Source of the DNA: Candidatus Methylacidiphilales bacterium
Lineage (GTDB): Bacteria > Verrucomicrobiota > Verrucomicrobiia > Methylacidiphilales > JAAUTS01
Length of the DNA stretch: 64,000 bases
Reading direction: 5' to 3'
Assembly (NCBI GenBank): GCA_038250235.1
Contig: JBBSCO010000004.1
Coordinates: 4,645-68,644 of the forward strand
Translations under genes and position numbers: made by a program
Shown: positions 18,070 through 27,054 of the stretch, piece by piece
Numbering within the stretch: the stretch's first letter is position 1
Layout of the letters: every line of letters starts with the position of its first letter
Notes under the pieces: model-generated
Database searches by the model: none
Told to the model about the DNA's origin: nothing
Seen by the model: the letters and a program-made list of their open reading frames with translations, nothing else

Positions 18070-19065
18070 TTAATCCACTTTTTCCCAAACGCCACTTTGC
18101 GCTGAGCGGTAGGCGGCAGACATAATGGAAACACTGTCGCAAACAGAGGCGAGATCGTCCCGCAATTCCTGTTGGGGGACTTCGTTGCGGATAACGGCAA
18201 CGAGGCGGTCAACGCGGGTGGGTTTGGCCGGGGCGTCTTCCACGGGAACAGCGGACGTGCCTGGTTTACCGAAAACATAGCCGCTATCATTACGCCAGAC
18301 GGAAGCCTCAGAGCCGGTTACTTCGAGCCCGCCCAAGCCACCGGTCTGGGTCCATGCGGCCTCCACCGTTCCAATAATGCCGGAAACAAATTCAAGTTGT
18401 ACAATGCCGTAGTCATCGACGGCAGGATAGATCCCGGCGTGATTGCCGATTTGCGCCCAGACGCGCTTTACGGGGCCAAACAAAGTGCGCAGGGCATGAA
18501 TGGCGTGGGTGCCCATGTCCATGAGAGCACCACCACCGGCCAAGTCCGGGTCGGTGAACCAGGCCAGATCCGGGTTGTCGAACCAGCGGCCATAAGCGGC
18601 GTGGTGGGCGTTGCGGAAACGGACGCGCGTGACTTTACCAAGTTTGTTATCAGCAATTAGCCGGGCTATGGCCTGCTGGTCGCCGCCGAAGGGATTGAAG
18701 TAACCACAGAAGAGGGGGGAAGAAGAGGATTTCAACAAGGTGCGGACTTCGTGGAGATCCTCATCGTTGGTGACGAGCGGTTTTTCGCAGAAGACGGGTT
18801 TTCCAACGGGTAAGGCCTTTTTCAATAATGCCAGGTGACGGGTGTTTTCGGCGCAGATAATGAAGCCGTCCACCCCGGGATTGCTCAAAACCTTGGCTAG
18901 ATCGGATTCAAAAGGAGCACCGGCCATTTCGGCATATTTTTTTCCGCGCCCGGGCACGTTATCCCAGATGAACGCGACCTTACGGCCGTCGTTGGCGTCC
19001 AGGATGTTCTGAATAAATCCTTTGGTGTGGATGTGGGCGGTGGAGAGGAAGGCGATATTGGCCAT
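18070..19065 (-). CDS. Gfo/Idh/MocA family oxidoreductase
   Basis: N-terminal Rossmann segment and CEKPLVTNDEDL (EKP motif). 331 aa. Confidence 0.85.
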   Translation of the reverse strand: MANIAFLSTAHIHTKGFIQNILDANDGRKVAFIWDNVPGRGKKYAEMAGAPFESDLAKVLSNPGVDGFIICAENTRHLALLKKALPVGKPVFCEKPLVTNDEDLHEVRTLLKSSSSPLFCGYFNPFGGDQQAIARLIADNKLGKVTRVRFRNAHHAAYGRWFDNPDLAWFTDPDLAGGGALMDMGTHAIHALRTLFGPVKRVWAQIGNHAGIYPAVDDYGIVQLEFVSGIIGTVEAAWTQTGGLGGLEVTGSEASVWRNDSGYVFGKPGTSAVPVEDAPAKPTRVDRLVAVIRNEVPQQELRDDLASVCDSVSIMSAAYRSAQSGVWEKVD

Positions 19066-19076
19066 AGGGGTTCAGT

Positions 19077-20129
19077 TTAAAGTTTGATTTTGATTTCGCG
19101 GTTTTGTTTGGCGGATTTGTAGATGGCTTCGAGGATGGCGATGACCTTGATGGACTGGGTCCAGGGAACGGGGGAAGCCTGCTTTTTGATGATAGCTTCA
19201 GTGAAGGCGGCGATTTCCGCGTGATGGCCCTGGATGTTTTCTTTGGCGGACATGATGGTGCCGTTGATGAAGGTGCCGTTGAGGGTGCTGGAATAGTTGA
19301 GGGAAGGCCATTGAACCCCGGACTTGGATCCAAAGAGTTGCCAACTTAAGTCTTCCTTTTCCTCCTGATGTCCGAGCCAGGCGCATTCAACCGTCATAGT
19401 GGCACCGTTGTCGAAATGGACAAAGCCGGCGGCGAAGTCCTCCACGTTCATGAGCTTGCGGTCCCACTCGCCCCACATGCCGGGAATGATGTGGGTTTTT
19501 CCGAAGTTGTTTTTGGCCGTGCCGCTGACACGGACGGGTTTGGCGTCGCCCATGACCCAGAGGCAGTTGTCGAGGGCGTGCACGCCGATGTCCATACAGG
19601 GGCCGCCGCCGGAGAGTTTGGGGTCGAGAAAGCCGGGCGAGCAAGGTATCCAGGCGCGGCGCATGGCCCGGACACGGGCGTGATAGACATCGCCGAGAGC
19701 TCCGGTCTCAGCCCATTTTTTCACGGCTTGGGAATGGGCGAGGAAGCGCATGTGCTGGCCGGTCATGAGGACGAGTTTTTTCCGGTCGGCCAGTTTGCCC
19801 ATCTGCCGGATTTCCGCAGTGGTGACAGCCAGGGGTTTTTCGCAGAGGACGTGTTGTCCGGCGTTGAGGGCGGCAAGAGTTGCTGGTGTATGAAATTTGT
19901 TAGGTGTACAGATGTCGACCGCGTCGAGATCAAGTTTGATCAGATCCCTGAAATCGGTAAAGACGTGCGGGATGCCGTGCTCGTCAGCCACGGCCTGAGC
20001 GGCGTCCTTGTTGATGTCGGCGACAGCGACCACTTCCGCCTCCTTGATTTTTTTCCAACCGGGGAGGTGGACACCTTTGGCAATACCACCTGCGCCGATC
20101 AGACCAATCTGCAATTTTCCGTTTTTCAT
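19077..20129 (-). CDS. Gfo/Idh/MocA family oxidoreductase
   Basis: MKNGKLQIGLIGAGGIAKGVHLPGW and CEKPLAVTTAEIRQM. 350 aa. Confidence 0.85.
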   Translation of the reverse strand: MKNGKLQIGLIGAGGIAKGVHLPGWKKIKEAEVVAVADINKDAAQAVADEHGIPHVFTDFRDLIKLDLDAVDICTPNKFHTPATLAALNAGQHVLCEKPLAVTTAEIRQMGKLADRKKLVLMTGQHMRFLAHSQAVKKWAETGALGDVYHARVRAMRRAWIPCSPGFLDPKLSGGGPCMDIGVHALDNCLWVMGDAKPVRVSGTAKNNFGKTHIIPGMWGEWDRKLMNVEDFAAGFVHFDNGATMTVECAWLGHQEEKEDLSWQLFGSKSGVQWPSLNYSSTLNGTFINGTIMSAKENIQGHHAEIAAFTEAIIKKQASPVPWTQSIKVIAILEAIYKSAKQNREIKIKL

Positions 20130-20198
20130 TCAGAAGCGAGAATAACCAATAGGGTAAAGGTGTCTTGTCTTAGGTTGACTTTTCATTACGCTGGTTTG

Positions 20199-21053
20199 AT
20201 GCGACACTTGGATTGGCGTCAATGGCCGAAAGATGACAAATGCACCTACCGGGTCTGGTGTTATCAGGGCACGGTATTAAGGGATCCGCATACGCACAAC
20301 TTTCATGAGCTGTTCTGGGTGGAGTCTGGCCAGGGCTTTCATTGGATCAACGGGGATAAACAACCGATCAAGACAGGAGATCTGATCCTGATCCGGGCGG
20401 AAGATGCTCACACCTTCGCAGCATCCGGCGGACAGTATCTTCAGTTCGTTAATGTGGCCTTCTGCACTGGAAGCTGGGAACGCCTAAAGCAGCGATATTT
20501 TTCAAAAAAAAGGTGTTATTATTCCGAAAAAATGGTGGAGAGGAGGAGCTTCCGTTTGAACCGTATGCAATTGGAAAGGATGAGTTATCTTTCGATGGAT
20601 CTGCGCAACGGTGCGAGGGATGCGCTGGCGGTTGAAAGTTTTCTGGCCGGCGTGTGCTCCATGTTGGAGAATCCTGGAGATAGACATTCGACGAAAGAAG
20701 TGCCGGACTGGCTGGCCAAAGCCTGTGTCTTGATTCAGGACTTTCCGAACTTTGCCGGAGGGCCGTCGACGTTGATCCGTCTGGCCGGGAAAAGCCCGGA
20801 GCATGTGGCACGGGTCTGTCGGAAATACCTCCAGCGGCGTCCCTGTGATCTGGTGAATGAGGCGCGGATGAATTATGCGGCGCAGGAGTTGCGGCAGACG
20901 GAGCGGGCGGTGTTGGACGTTGCTTTGGACTGCGGGATCGAGAACCTGGGGCATTTTTACAAATTATTCCGGGAACGCTACGGAGTGGCGCCAGTGGAAT
21001 ACAGGAGCAAAGAGCGGCATGCCAAACCGGATAGGACAGGTTGGGGAGGGTGA
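20199..21053 (+). CDS. AraC family transcriptional regulator (cupin sensor + HTH)
   Basis: The real start is ATG 20199 (MRHLDWRQW). The listed ORF 19368..21053 carries a spurious N-terminus antisense to the oxidoreductase. Cupin HTHNFHELFWVESGQGFHWING and C-terminal AraC HTH (LDVALDCGIENLGHFYKLFRERYGVAPVEYR). Confidence 0.85.
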   Translation: MRHLDWRQWPKDDKCTYRVWCYQGTVLRDPHTHNFHELFWVESGQGFHWINGDKQPIKTGDLILIRAEDAHTFAASGGQYLQFVNVAFCTGSWERLKQRYFSKKRCYYSEKMVERRSFRLNRMQLERMSYLSMDLRNGARDALAVESFLAGVCSMLENPGDRHSTKEVPDWLAKACVLIQDFPNFAGGPSTLIRLAGKSPEHVARVCRKYLQRRPCDLVNEARMNYAAQELRQTERAVLDVALDCGIENLGHFYKLFRERYGVAPVEYRSKERHAKPDRTGWGG

Positions 21054-21075
21054 TGAATCAGGTGGGTGGCGGCGG

Positions 21076-21152
21076 ACGGTTTGGGGTTCAATTCCGGCTT
21101 CACGATCATACAGGTAATGAGTATAATGCCGTAAAGCGACATGAATAGCCAT
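21076..21152 (-). pseudogene. 5' fragment of a DUF2126/transglutaminase gene (first ~26 codons only)
   Basis: MAIHVALRHYTHYLYDREAGIEPQTVR versus MAIHVALRHHTSYLYDREVGIGPQTVR at 17837. Similarity is lost where the AraC 3' end begins. Confidence 0.7.
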
Positions 21153-21200
21153 TGGACTAAAGTAATTACCGTCTTTTATGCCGTTTTCTACGGCAAAAGA
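21076..21200 (-). repeat. direct repeat copy B
   Basis: Matches 17761-17885 (107/125). It begins 23 nt after the AraC stop codon. Confidence 0.85.
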
Positions 21201-21224
21201 CTGATAATGTCCGGCATGCGCATC

Positions 21225-21506
21225 TTAATCCCTTAAATCTGTCCTGAAAGGATCGGCCCGTTGTTCGCTCCGGTAATTACCTAGAAAAATCCATCCCGCC
21301 AAGGCAGGCAGAGTGGAAAGTATCCAGTAGGTGATCATCAAATTTCCGAATATGACCGGATCTTCGGTGCGGGTATAAACTCTGGCCGGTAGCGGGTTTC
21401 TGCTACGATATTCCGTGGCAGAGCCGGTTATTTCACGGGAAAAATTGAGTGCCATCCAGGCGAGGCTGGATAAAAAAAGGGAGTAGGCAAACAAGCGCAG
21501 CAGCAA
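21225..21506 (-). CDS. small two-TM membrane protein, hypothetical
   Basis: 93-aa ORF with two hydrophobic segments. No homology recognised. Confidence 0.35.
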   Translation of the reverse strand: MLLRLFAYSLFLSSLAWMALNFSREITGSATEYRSRNPLPARVYTRTEDPVIFGNLMITYWILSTLPALAGWIFLGNYRSEQRADPFRTDLRD

Positions 21507-21687
21507 CGGAGTTTATTTCGTGCAGAGGAAGAGACAACCTTCTTCCTTGCAAGAAAAAGCAGGGGAAGGGATGATTCGTGGTTCGTTTGGCGGGGACTTC
21601 ATCCGGCGTTTCATCGAAACGCCTTACAGTAGTAGGCCGGATCGTTGATCCGGAAGGCTTTGGGATCTGAACCAGCGACTTAAAATC

Positions 21688-23301
21688 ATGCAAGACGAAA
21701 TCCAACGCCGACGCACCTTCGCCATTATCTCCCATCCGGATGCGGGGAAGACCACGCTGACGGAGAAACTCCTTCTTTATGGCGGAGCTTTGTCCCTGGC
21801 AGGATCGGTTACGGCCCGCAAGAACCAGCGCGCGGCCACCTCTGACTGGATGGAGTTGGAAAAACAGCGCGGGATTTCCATCAGCTCGACGGTGTTGCAG
21901 TTCGAATACGGTGGTTGCGTGGTCAACCTTCTCGACACTCCTGGCCACAAAGATTTTTCCGAAGACACCTACCGTGTGCTTACGGCGGTGGATGCGGCTA
22001 TTATGGTGATCGACGCCGGTAAGGGAATAGAAACGCAGACGCGCAAACTTTTCGAAGTTTGCCGCAAGCGGGGTGTCCCAATCTTTACCTTCATGAACAA
22101 GCTGGATCGTCCGACCCGTGATCCGTTGGAGCTGATGGACGAATTGGAAAGTGTGCTGGGGATAGGGGCCTGTGCCCTGAACTGGCCGCTGGGAACCGGT
22201 CCGGAATTCCGTGGTGTTTATGAACGGCGCAGCAAGGAAGTGCATCTCTTTGAGCGCACGGTCCGTGGAGCCTATCGTGCGCCGGAAAAAGTGGGTGCGC
22301 TGACCGATACGTTTGTCACGGAAAAGATGGACCCGGACGCACTTGCAAGAACTCTGGGCGAATTGGAAATGCTCGACGGCGCGGGATACGATTTTGATCG
22401 GGGCAAAGTGGACAGGGGCGAATTGACGCCTGTCTTCTTCGGCAGTGCCAGCAACAACTTCGGGGTGCAACTGCTTCTGGACGCCTTCCTCGAGTTGGCA
22501 CCGACGCCGAAACCACGCATGTCCGGCGGGGTTCCGATCAAGCCGGACGCCAAGGGTTTTTCCGGCTTTGTTTTCAAGATCCAAGCCAACATGGATCCGC
22601 GTCATCGCGACCGGATTTATTTCATCAGGATCGTGTCCGGAAAATTTGAGCGCGACATGCAGGTGCTTAACACACGCACGGGAAAAAAGGTCCGCCTTTC
22701 CAATTCACAGAAATTATTCGCCCAGGAACGCGAGACCGTGGATGACGGCTATGCGGGAGACGTCATCGGGATTGTGGGCAATCATGATTTTCTTATCGGC
22801 GACACCCTGGCGGAAGATCCCAAACTGAAATTCGAAGAGATTCCCTATTTCGCGCCGGAATGTTTCGCGTTTTTATACAATCCGGTCACCGCCAAGTTCA
22901 AGCAGTTCCGCGAAGGGTTGACGCAGTTGCTGGCGGAGGGTGTGATGCAGGGTTACTCCATGCCGCAGGCGATTCAGAAAGTTCCCTTGCTGGGAGCGGT
23001 GGGGCCGCTGCAATTTGAAGTGGTTCAATACCGTCTGCAGAGCGAGTATGGTGCCGAGTCCCGTTTGGAAACCGCGCAGTGGAAATTGATTCGCTGGATC
23101 CGAAACAAAGATGGCGGTGCTTTCTCAGGAAAAGCGGATCTGCCTTCCGGCGCCACCACAGCATTGGATGGACAGGACAGAGCGGTGGCTCTGTTCCCTG
23201 CCGAGTGGACGATCAAACATTTCACCGACCGCAATCCGGAGCTTGAGGTTTCGGACACACCTTTCGAAGGAGCTGGTTCGGTGAAGAAGAATTCAGAGTA
23301 G
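21688..23301 (+). CDS. prfC: peptide chain release factor 3
   Basis: RRRTFAIISHPDAGKTTLTEKLLLYGGA, DTPGHKDF, NKLDR GTPase motifs. 537 aa full length. Confidence 0.95.
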   Translation: MQDEIQRRRTFAIISHPDAGKTTLTEKLLLYGGALSLAGSVTARKNQRAATSDWMELEKQRGISISSTVLQFEYGGCVVNLLDTPGHKDFSEDTYRVLTAVDAAIMVIDAGKGIETQTRKLFEVCRKRGVPIFTFMNKLDRPTRDPLELMDELESVLGIGACALNWPLGTGPEFRGVYERRSKEVHLFERTVRGAYRAPEKVGALTDTFVTEKMDPDALARTLGELEMLDGAGYDFDRGKVDRGELTPVFFGSASNNFGVQLLLDAFLELAPTPKPRMSGGVPIKPDAKGFSGFVFKIQANMDPRHRDRIYFIRIVSGKFERDMQVLNTRTGKKVRLSNSQKLFAQERETVDDGYAGDVIGIVGNHDFLIGDTLAEDPKLKFEEIPYFAPECFAFLYNPVTAKFKQFREGLTQLLAEGVMQGYSMPQAIQKVPLLGAVGPLQFEVVQYRLQSEYGAESRLETAQWKLIRWIRNKDGGAFSGKADLPSGATTALDGQDRAVALFPAEWTIKHFTDRNPELEVSDTPFEGAGSVKKNSE

Positions 23302-23321
23302 GTTAGTACAAGGCCGTTATC

Positions 23322-24884
23322 TTAAACCCGGCAGGGATCGTCGAGAACTTTCCTAAGAAAGCGTCCCAGATCCGTGTCTTCCAATTCAGAGAGGCGCATG
23401 TCACGAACCACTTTCCAATTTTCCGTTTTCTGCCAGTTGCGGTAACGCGCCTTCACGTCCTCATAAGGTCCGAGGGCTCCGTAGTATTTTCCAAAGACCC
23501 GTTTGACCGACCGATCTGTGAAATAATTTTCAAAAGAACGCCTCTCCAGAATATGGCAGAGGATTCCGGCCTGTCGGCAGGACTCCTGGAATCCGCGGCG
23601 GTCCTCCGCCAGACTGGCGTGGGCGGAAGGTTTTTCACTATCAATCAGAGCATAGACATTCTCACCAATTTTTTTGACTTCTTTCAATTCGTCCCCACGA
23701 TTGGGTGTGATCATGCTGCCTCCCCCAAGAGGAATCAGCACCAAATTGTTGCCCGCCTGCATTTTATGCAGAATCTGCCTTACTGCCTTGATCTCGGTGG
23801 GACCTTCCACCAACAGAACCTTGGCACAGCCCTGTTGTTGTTGGGCGGAAAAACTGATTTCGCCCATCACTTCGCTCAAACGCTGGTCCGGATGAATGAT
23901 GTTGACCAGAGTGTGGGTATCGTCCGCACTACGCTCCACAAAATAGGTGCGATCCGCCGAAGTCTTGGCCAGGCCACTGTTGTGCGACGAAAAAACTAAT
24001 CCCACCCGGGCCATTCCGCTGAGTGCCGTAACAAAATCCGATTGATACGAGGGATGAAGATGGCATTCCGGTTCATCCACCAGGATGTAGTCGGGCTTCA
24101 GGGCCAGGGCGTGGACAAAAAGCTGGATGGCCTGGGCGATGCCACTGCCCACTTCTTCCAGGGGATATTCCGTTTTGTCAACTTGAACAATGAGCGGCTT
24201 GTCAGGACCAGGTGAAAGAATGGCAAAATGTTTGAGATGAAAGAGATTTTTGATTTCGTCTTCCAAACGGGCGGGGGCGTTAGACAGGGCCGCCTTGGCC
24301 GGATGAATCAAGTCCCGGTAAAGGTCGATGAATTGTTGTCCCTGCCTCAAGTCATAGGTTCCCCGGCTTTCCACCGTAGCCAGACTACGGAAAGGGCCGG
24401 CATAAAGGGTGCGGGAAAGATTCAGCAATGCATTGCGCCAGAGCGAAAGTGCCTGCTGATTGTGTTCGAGATTTCCCTTCAGCCCGGTAAACGCATGAAA
24501 GCGGGCCTGGCAGTGGAGGGTCTTGCGGCCGATGACGATGAAACTCTCCCGGGCCCAGGGGGAATCCTTCAGAATTTCCGGATTCAAAAAGGAAATACCC
24601 AGGACGATGTCCTGAAAGTTGCCGCGGTGGAAAAGGTCGTGGGGATCGGTCTGGTTGGGCAAAGGGGGAAGAGCAAAGCCATGCTCGAAAAACGAAAGGC
24701 AAGCTTCCGGTGAAGCCGACGCTTTCTGCAGAAGAGGCCGTATTTCGTAAAAGAGACGAAGCAGGGCTGATTTCCCCACGTTGTTGGCGCCGATCAGGGC
24801 GGAACTGCCACGGGTCATTTTTAAACGGGCAGGAAAGCGGTCATTGAAGCAGCGGTAATTTTTGACCGAGATTTCGAGGTTCAT
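23322..24884 (-). CDS. OLD-family ATP-dependent nuclease (ABC-type ATPase + Toprim)
   Basis: Walker A GANNVGKS, Walker B ILVDEPECHLHP, H-loop FSSHN, then Toprim-like KVLLVEGPTEIKAV ... LIPLGGG ... ALIDSE. ATG at 24884 (MNLEISVKNYRCF) is preferred, because the TTG at 24923 lies in the repeat motif. Confidence 0.75.
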   Translation of the reverse strand: MNLEISVKNYRCFNDRFPARLKMTRGSSALIGANNVGKSALLRLFYEIRPLLQKASASPEACLSFFEHGFALPPLPNQTDPHDLFHRGNFQDIVLGISFLNPEILKDSPWARESFIVIGRKTLHCQARFHAFTGLKGNLEHNQQALSLWRNALLNLSRTLYAGPFRSLATVESRGTYDLRQGQQFIDLYRDLIHPAKAALSNAPARLEDEIKNLFHLKHFAILSPGPDKPLIVQVDKTEYPLEEVGSGIAQAIQLFVHALALKPDYILVDEPECHLHPSYQSDFVTALSGMARVGLVFSSHNSGLAKTSADRTYFVERSADDTHTLVNIIHPDQRLSEVMGEISFSAQQQQGCAKVLLVEGPTEIKAVRQILHKMQAGNNLVLIPLGGGSMITPNRGDELKEVKKIGENVYALIDSEKPSAHASLAEDRRGFQESCRQAGILCHILERRSFENYFTDRSVKRVFGKYYGALGPYEDVKARYRNWQKTENWKVVRDMRLSELEDTDLGRFLRKVLDDPCRV

Positions 24885-24898
24885 GCAACAAAGAGAAT

Positions 24899-24934
24899 TT
24901 AACGCAAAGACGCAAAGTGGCAAAGACGCAAAAT
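24899..24934 (-). promoter_or_regulatory. tandem octamer motif (ACGCAAAG)n + TTAA, candidate promoter/operator
   Basis: ttaacgcaaag acgcaaag tggcaaag acgcaaaa. The first 19 nt are identical to 37527-37545. It lies 14 nt upstream of ATG 24884. The coding strand reads TTGCCA-16 nt-TAAATT. Confidence 0.5.
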
Positions 24935-24982
24935 GCTTATAATTGGGCTGTAAAATGGACTGATAACAGGGATGTTCAATGG

Positions 24983-25867
24983 TTAGAGCCCTTTTGTCTC
25001 ATAGGCTTTTAATAGTTCAGACGCCCGGTCACGGATCTCGGAACTTGCATTTGGATTTCGAAGAAGAATTTTCAAAGTTGTTCGTTGAGTAAAATACTCT
25101 TCTCGATCAAGAAGCTTCGCAAGGACCTCAGGAGGTGTTCGTAAATTGTGGGCCAGCCCCCAGTCTATAAGATAGTTTTTTCTGGATTCCAGAAGCGTTA
25201 AAGTTTTAATCGGGGTTTTGCGATTACCGGCAATATCGCCAAGCACATAATCCAAATGGCTGGTAGTTGCCAAATAGTCTATGGTTCTTTCAGAAACACG
25301 GGGATTCGTTAACACCAAACGCATGACAGCCAAGCCCTTCGTATTTTTCCCTAAAAGTGGGAAAAAAGACCCCAAAGGCTGGAGCAATGCCGGGTTGTCC
25401 AACTTTGCAATTTGATCCAAAAGCTCTGGTGAGGCTGACGTATTCTGTGCGATTGCTCCCAGAACAAATTTATCATCTTTAAAAAAAGAATCATCCAAAA
25501 CGTGCTGCAATTCCCGATCCGTCTTCATCACCAGGATTTGAAACACGAGAGATGTTAGAAGTAATCCTTTTCCAAGCCAGGCAAGAAAGACTGTTGTGAC
25601 AAGAGATACCAGTAAAAAAGCCAGGCCGATCTTAAAACCCAGAACCTTCTTAACACCTGCCGACCACGCCTTGATATAACCAATGCAATATCCCCAGGAA
25701 AAAAATCCCAGGAATGCTGCAACAAAGTAAGCAGGAATGAAGATAAATCCTGTCCCAGCCGTAGACGATGTTGATCTTAAAATAGCCAAGACGAGAAAGA
25801 CCACAACGGCCATTGCGCCGACAAAGCCTATCCTAAGCCCTGTTTTGAAAGGATTATTGATTTTCAA
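24983..25867 (-). CDS. membrane protein with about four N-terminal TM helices and C-terminal LRV/HEAT-like repeats
   Basis: Repeats AQNTSASPELLDQIA, LTNPRVSERTIDYLA, AGNRKTPIKTLTLL, AHNLRTPPEVLAKLL, LRNPNASSEIRDRA. The gene is visibly more AT-rich than its flanks. Confidence 0.6.
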   Translation of the reverse strand: MKINNPFKTGLRIGFVGAMAVVVFLVLAILRSTSSTAGTGFIFIPAYFVAAFLGFFSWGYCIGYIKAWSAGVKKVLGFKIGLAFLLVSLVTTVFLAWLGKGLLLTSLVFQILVMKTDRELQHVLDDSFFKDDKFVLGAIAQNTSASPELLDQIAKLDNPALLQPLGSFFPLLGKNTKGLAVMRLVLTNPRVSERTIDYLATTSHLDYVLGDIAGNRKTPIKTLTLLESRKNYLIDWGLAHNLRTPPEVLAKLLDREEYFTQRTTLKILLRNPNASSEIRDRASELLKAYETKGL

Positions 25868-25938
25868 GATGCTTTAATCCCGGAAAAGGCGGTGGTTTAG
25901 GTCATCCTGTGCCATTCCATATGCTTTTAATGTCTGAT

Positions 25939-27054
25939 TTAAATTTTTAAAGCCTTTGCCCGCAGGAGAGTTTCTTCAATTTCGGAGCCTAACACGCAAA
26001 AATGTCCCATTTTCCTTCCGGGTTTGGCTTCGCTTTTCCCGTATAGGTGCAGTTTAACGCGTGGATCTTCCAGGAGCCGGGTAAAGTTTGGTTCTCCATT
26101 GGCCCAGGCGTCCCCGAGAATATTAACCATCACGACAGGGCTAAGTAGTTGGGTGGAACCCAGGGGGAGCCCGCAGACCGCCCGCAGTTGTTGTTCAAAC
26201 TGGCTGGTGATACAGGCATCGAAGCTGTAATGACCGGAGTTGTGGGGCCGGGGGGCCAGTTCGTTGACCACCAGTTTACCGGATTTGGTCAGGAACAGTT
26301 CCACGGCAATCAGTCCTACCACTTTCAGGTCTGTGGCGATGCCTGCGGCCAGTTCCCGCGCTTCCATTTGGATATGTTCAGGCAGACGGGCGGGAACGAT
26401 GGAAAAATCAAGGATATGATTTGTGTGGATGTTTTCGGAAACCGGGAATGTTTCGACCTCGCCGGTCCGGGTGCGCGCGCAGACCACGGAAAGTTCGCAA
26501 TCGAAATCCACCCACTTTTCCAGAACGCCCGCAGGCATTTTGAATTCTTCCCAAAGGGCTTTGGCATCAGTGGGGCCTCTGAGTTTTTTCTGGCCCTTGC
26601 CGTCATAACCAAAATCCGCCGTTTTCAGAACCGAAGGAGTGCCGATTTTCTTGAGGGCGGATTCCAATTCGGAGGCCGATCGCGCCACGGCAAATTCCGC
26701 GTGGGGATAATGGTGATCGCGCAGGAAGTTTTTCTCACGTTCGCGGTTCTGGCAGACATACAGAACATTCCAATCGGGATAGACAGGAGTAACGGAGGAC
26801 AGGGTTTGCAGAACCTCGGCCGGGATATTTTCAAACTCGAAGGTAATGACGTCAACAGAGGCGGCAAAGGCCTTCAGAGTTTCCAGATCCTCATAAGGCG
26901 CGTTGAATTCGCGGTCTGACACCTGTCCGGCAGGACCTTCCGGATGGGGTTCAAAGGTATGGACGCGATAGCCCATGCGGCGGGCGGCGATGGCGAACAT
27001 ACGTCCCAATTGGCCGCCGCCAACCAAGCCCAAGGTGGCACCGGGTAGGATCAT
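25939..27054 (-). CDS. purK: N5-carboxyaminoimidazole ribonucleotide synthase
   Basis: [25 protein letters not shown]-grasp body, C-terminal GRKMGH. ATGA overlap with purE. Confidence 0.9.
   Translation of the reverse strand: MILPGATLGLVGGGQLGRMFAIAARRMGYRVHTFEPHPEGPAGQVSDREFNAPYEDLETLKAFAASVDVITFEFENIPAEVLQTLSSVTPVYPDWNVLYVCQNREREKNFLRDHHYPHAEFAVARSASELESALKKIGTPSVLKTADFGYDGKGQKKLRGPTDAKALWEEFKMPAGVLEKWVDFDCELSVVCARTRTGEVETFPVSENIHTNHILDFSIVPARLPEHIQMEARELAAGIATDLKVVGLIAVELFLTKSGKLVVNELAPRPHNSGHYSFDACITSQFEQQLRAVCGLPLGSTQLLSPVVMVNILGDAWANGEPNFTRLLEDPRVKLHLYGKSEAKPGRKMGHFCVLGSEIEETLLRAKALKI

Noticed and set aside
17886-21075. The Gfo-Gfo-AraC cassette as a transposon or integrative element
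   Set aside because: It has no transposase, integrase or recombinase gene and no terminal inverted repeats. The flanking repeat is a duplicated piece of a host gene rather than an element end. It is reported only as a duplication/insertion scar.
21433-22605. 390-aa ORF on the minus strand, and similar long ORFs elsewhere (19368..20198 N-terminal extension, 37658..38968, 15300..16118, 31883..32620, 33120..34064, 26149..26919, 41391..42137, 1557..2357, 14411..15055)
   Set aside because: Each lies antisense to, or out of frame with, a gene that has strong recognisable family motifs (prfC, Gfo oxidoreductase, glyA fusion, DUF2126, purM, purH, purK, purD, NIF3). The translations are low-complexity and rich in G/R/A/P, which is typical of stop-poor alternate frames in GC-rich DNA.
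24899-24934. Short tandem repeats as a CRISPR array or mini-array
   Set aside because: The units are only 8 bp and are contiguous, with no spacers. There are at most four units and no cas genes in the window.
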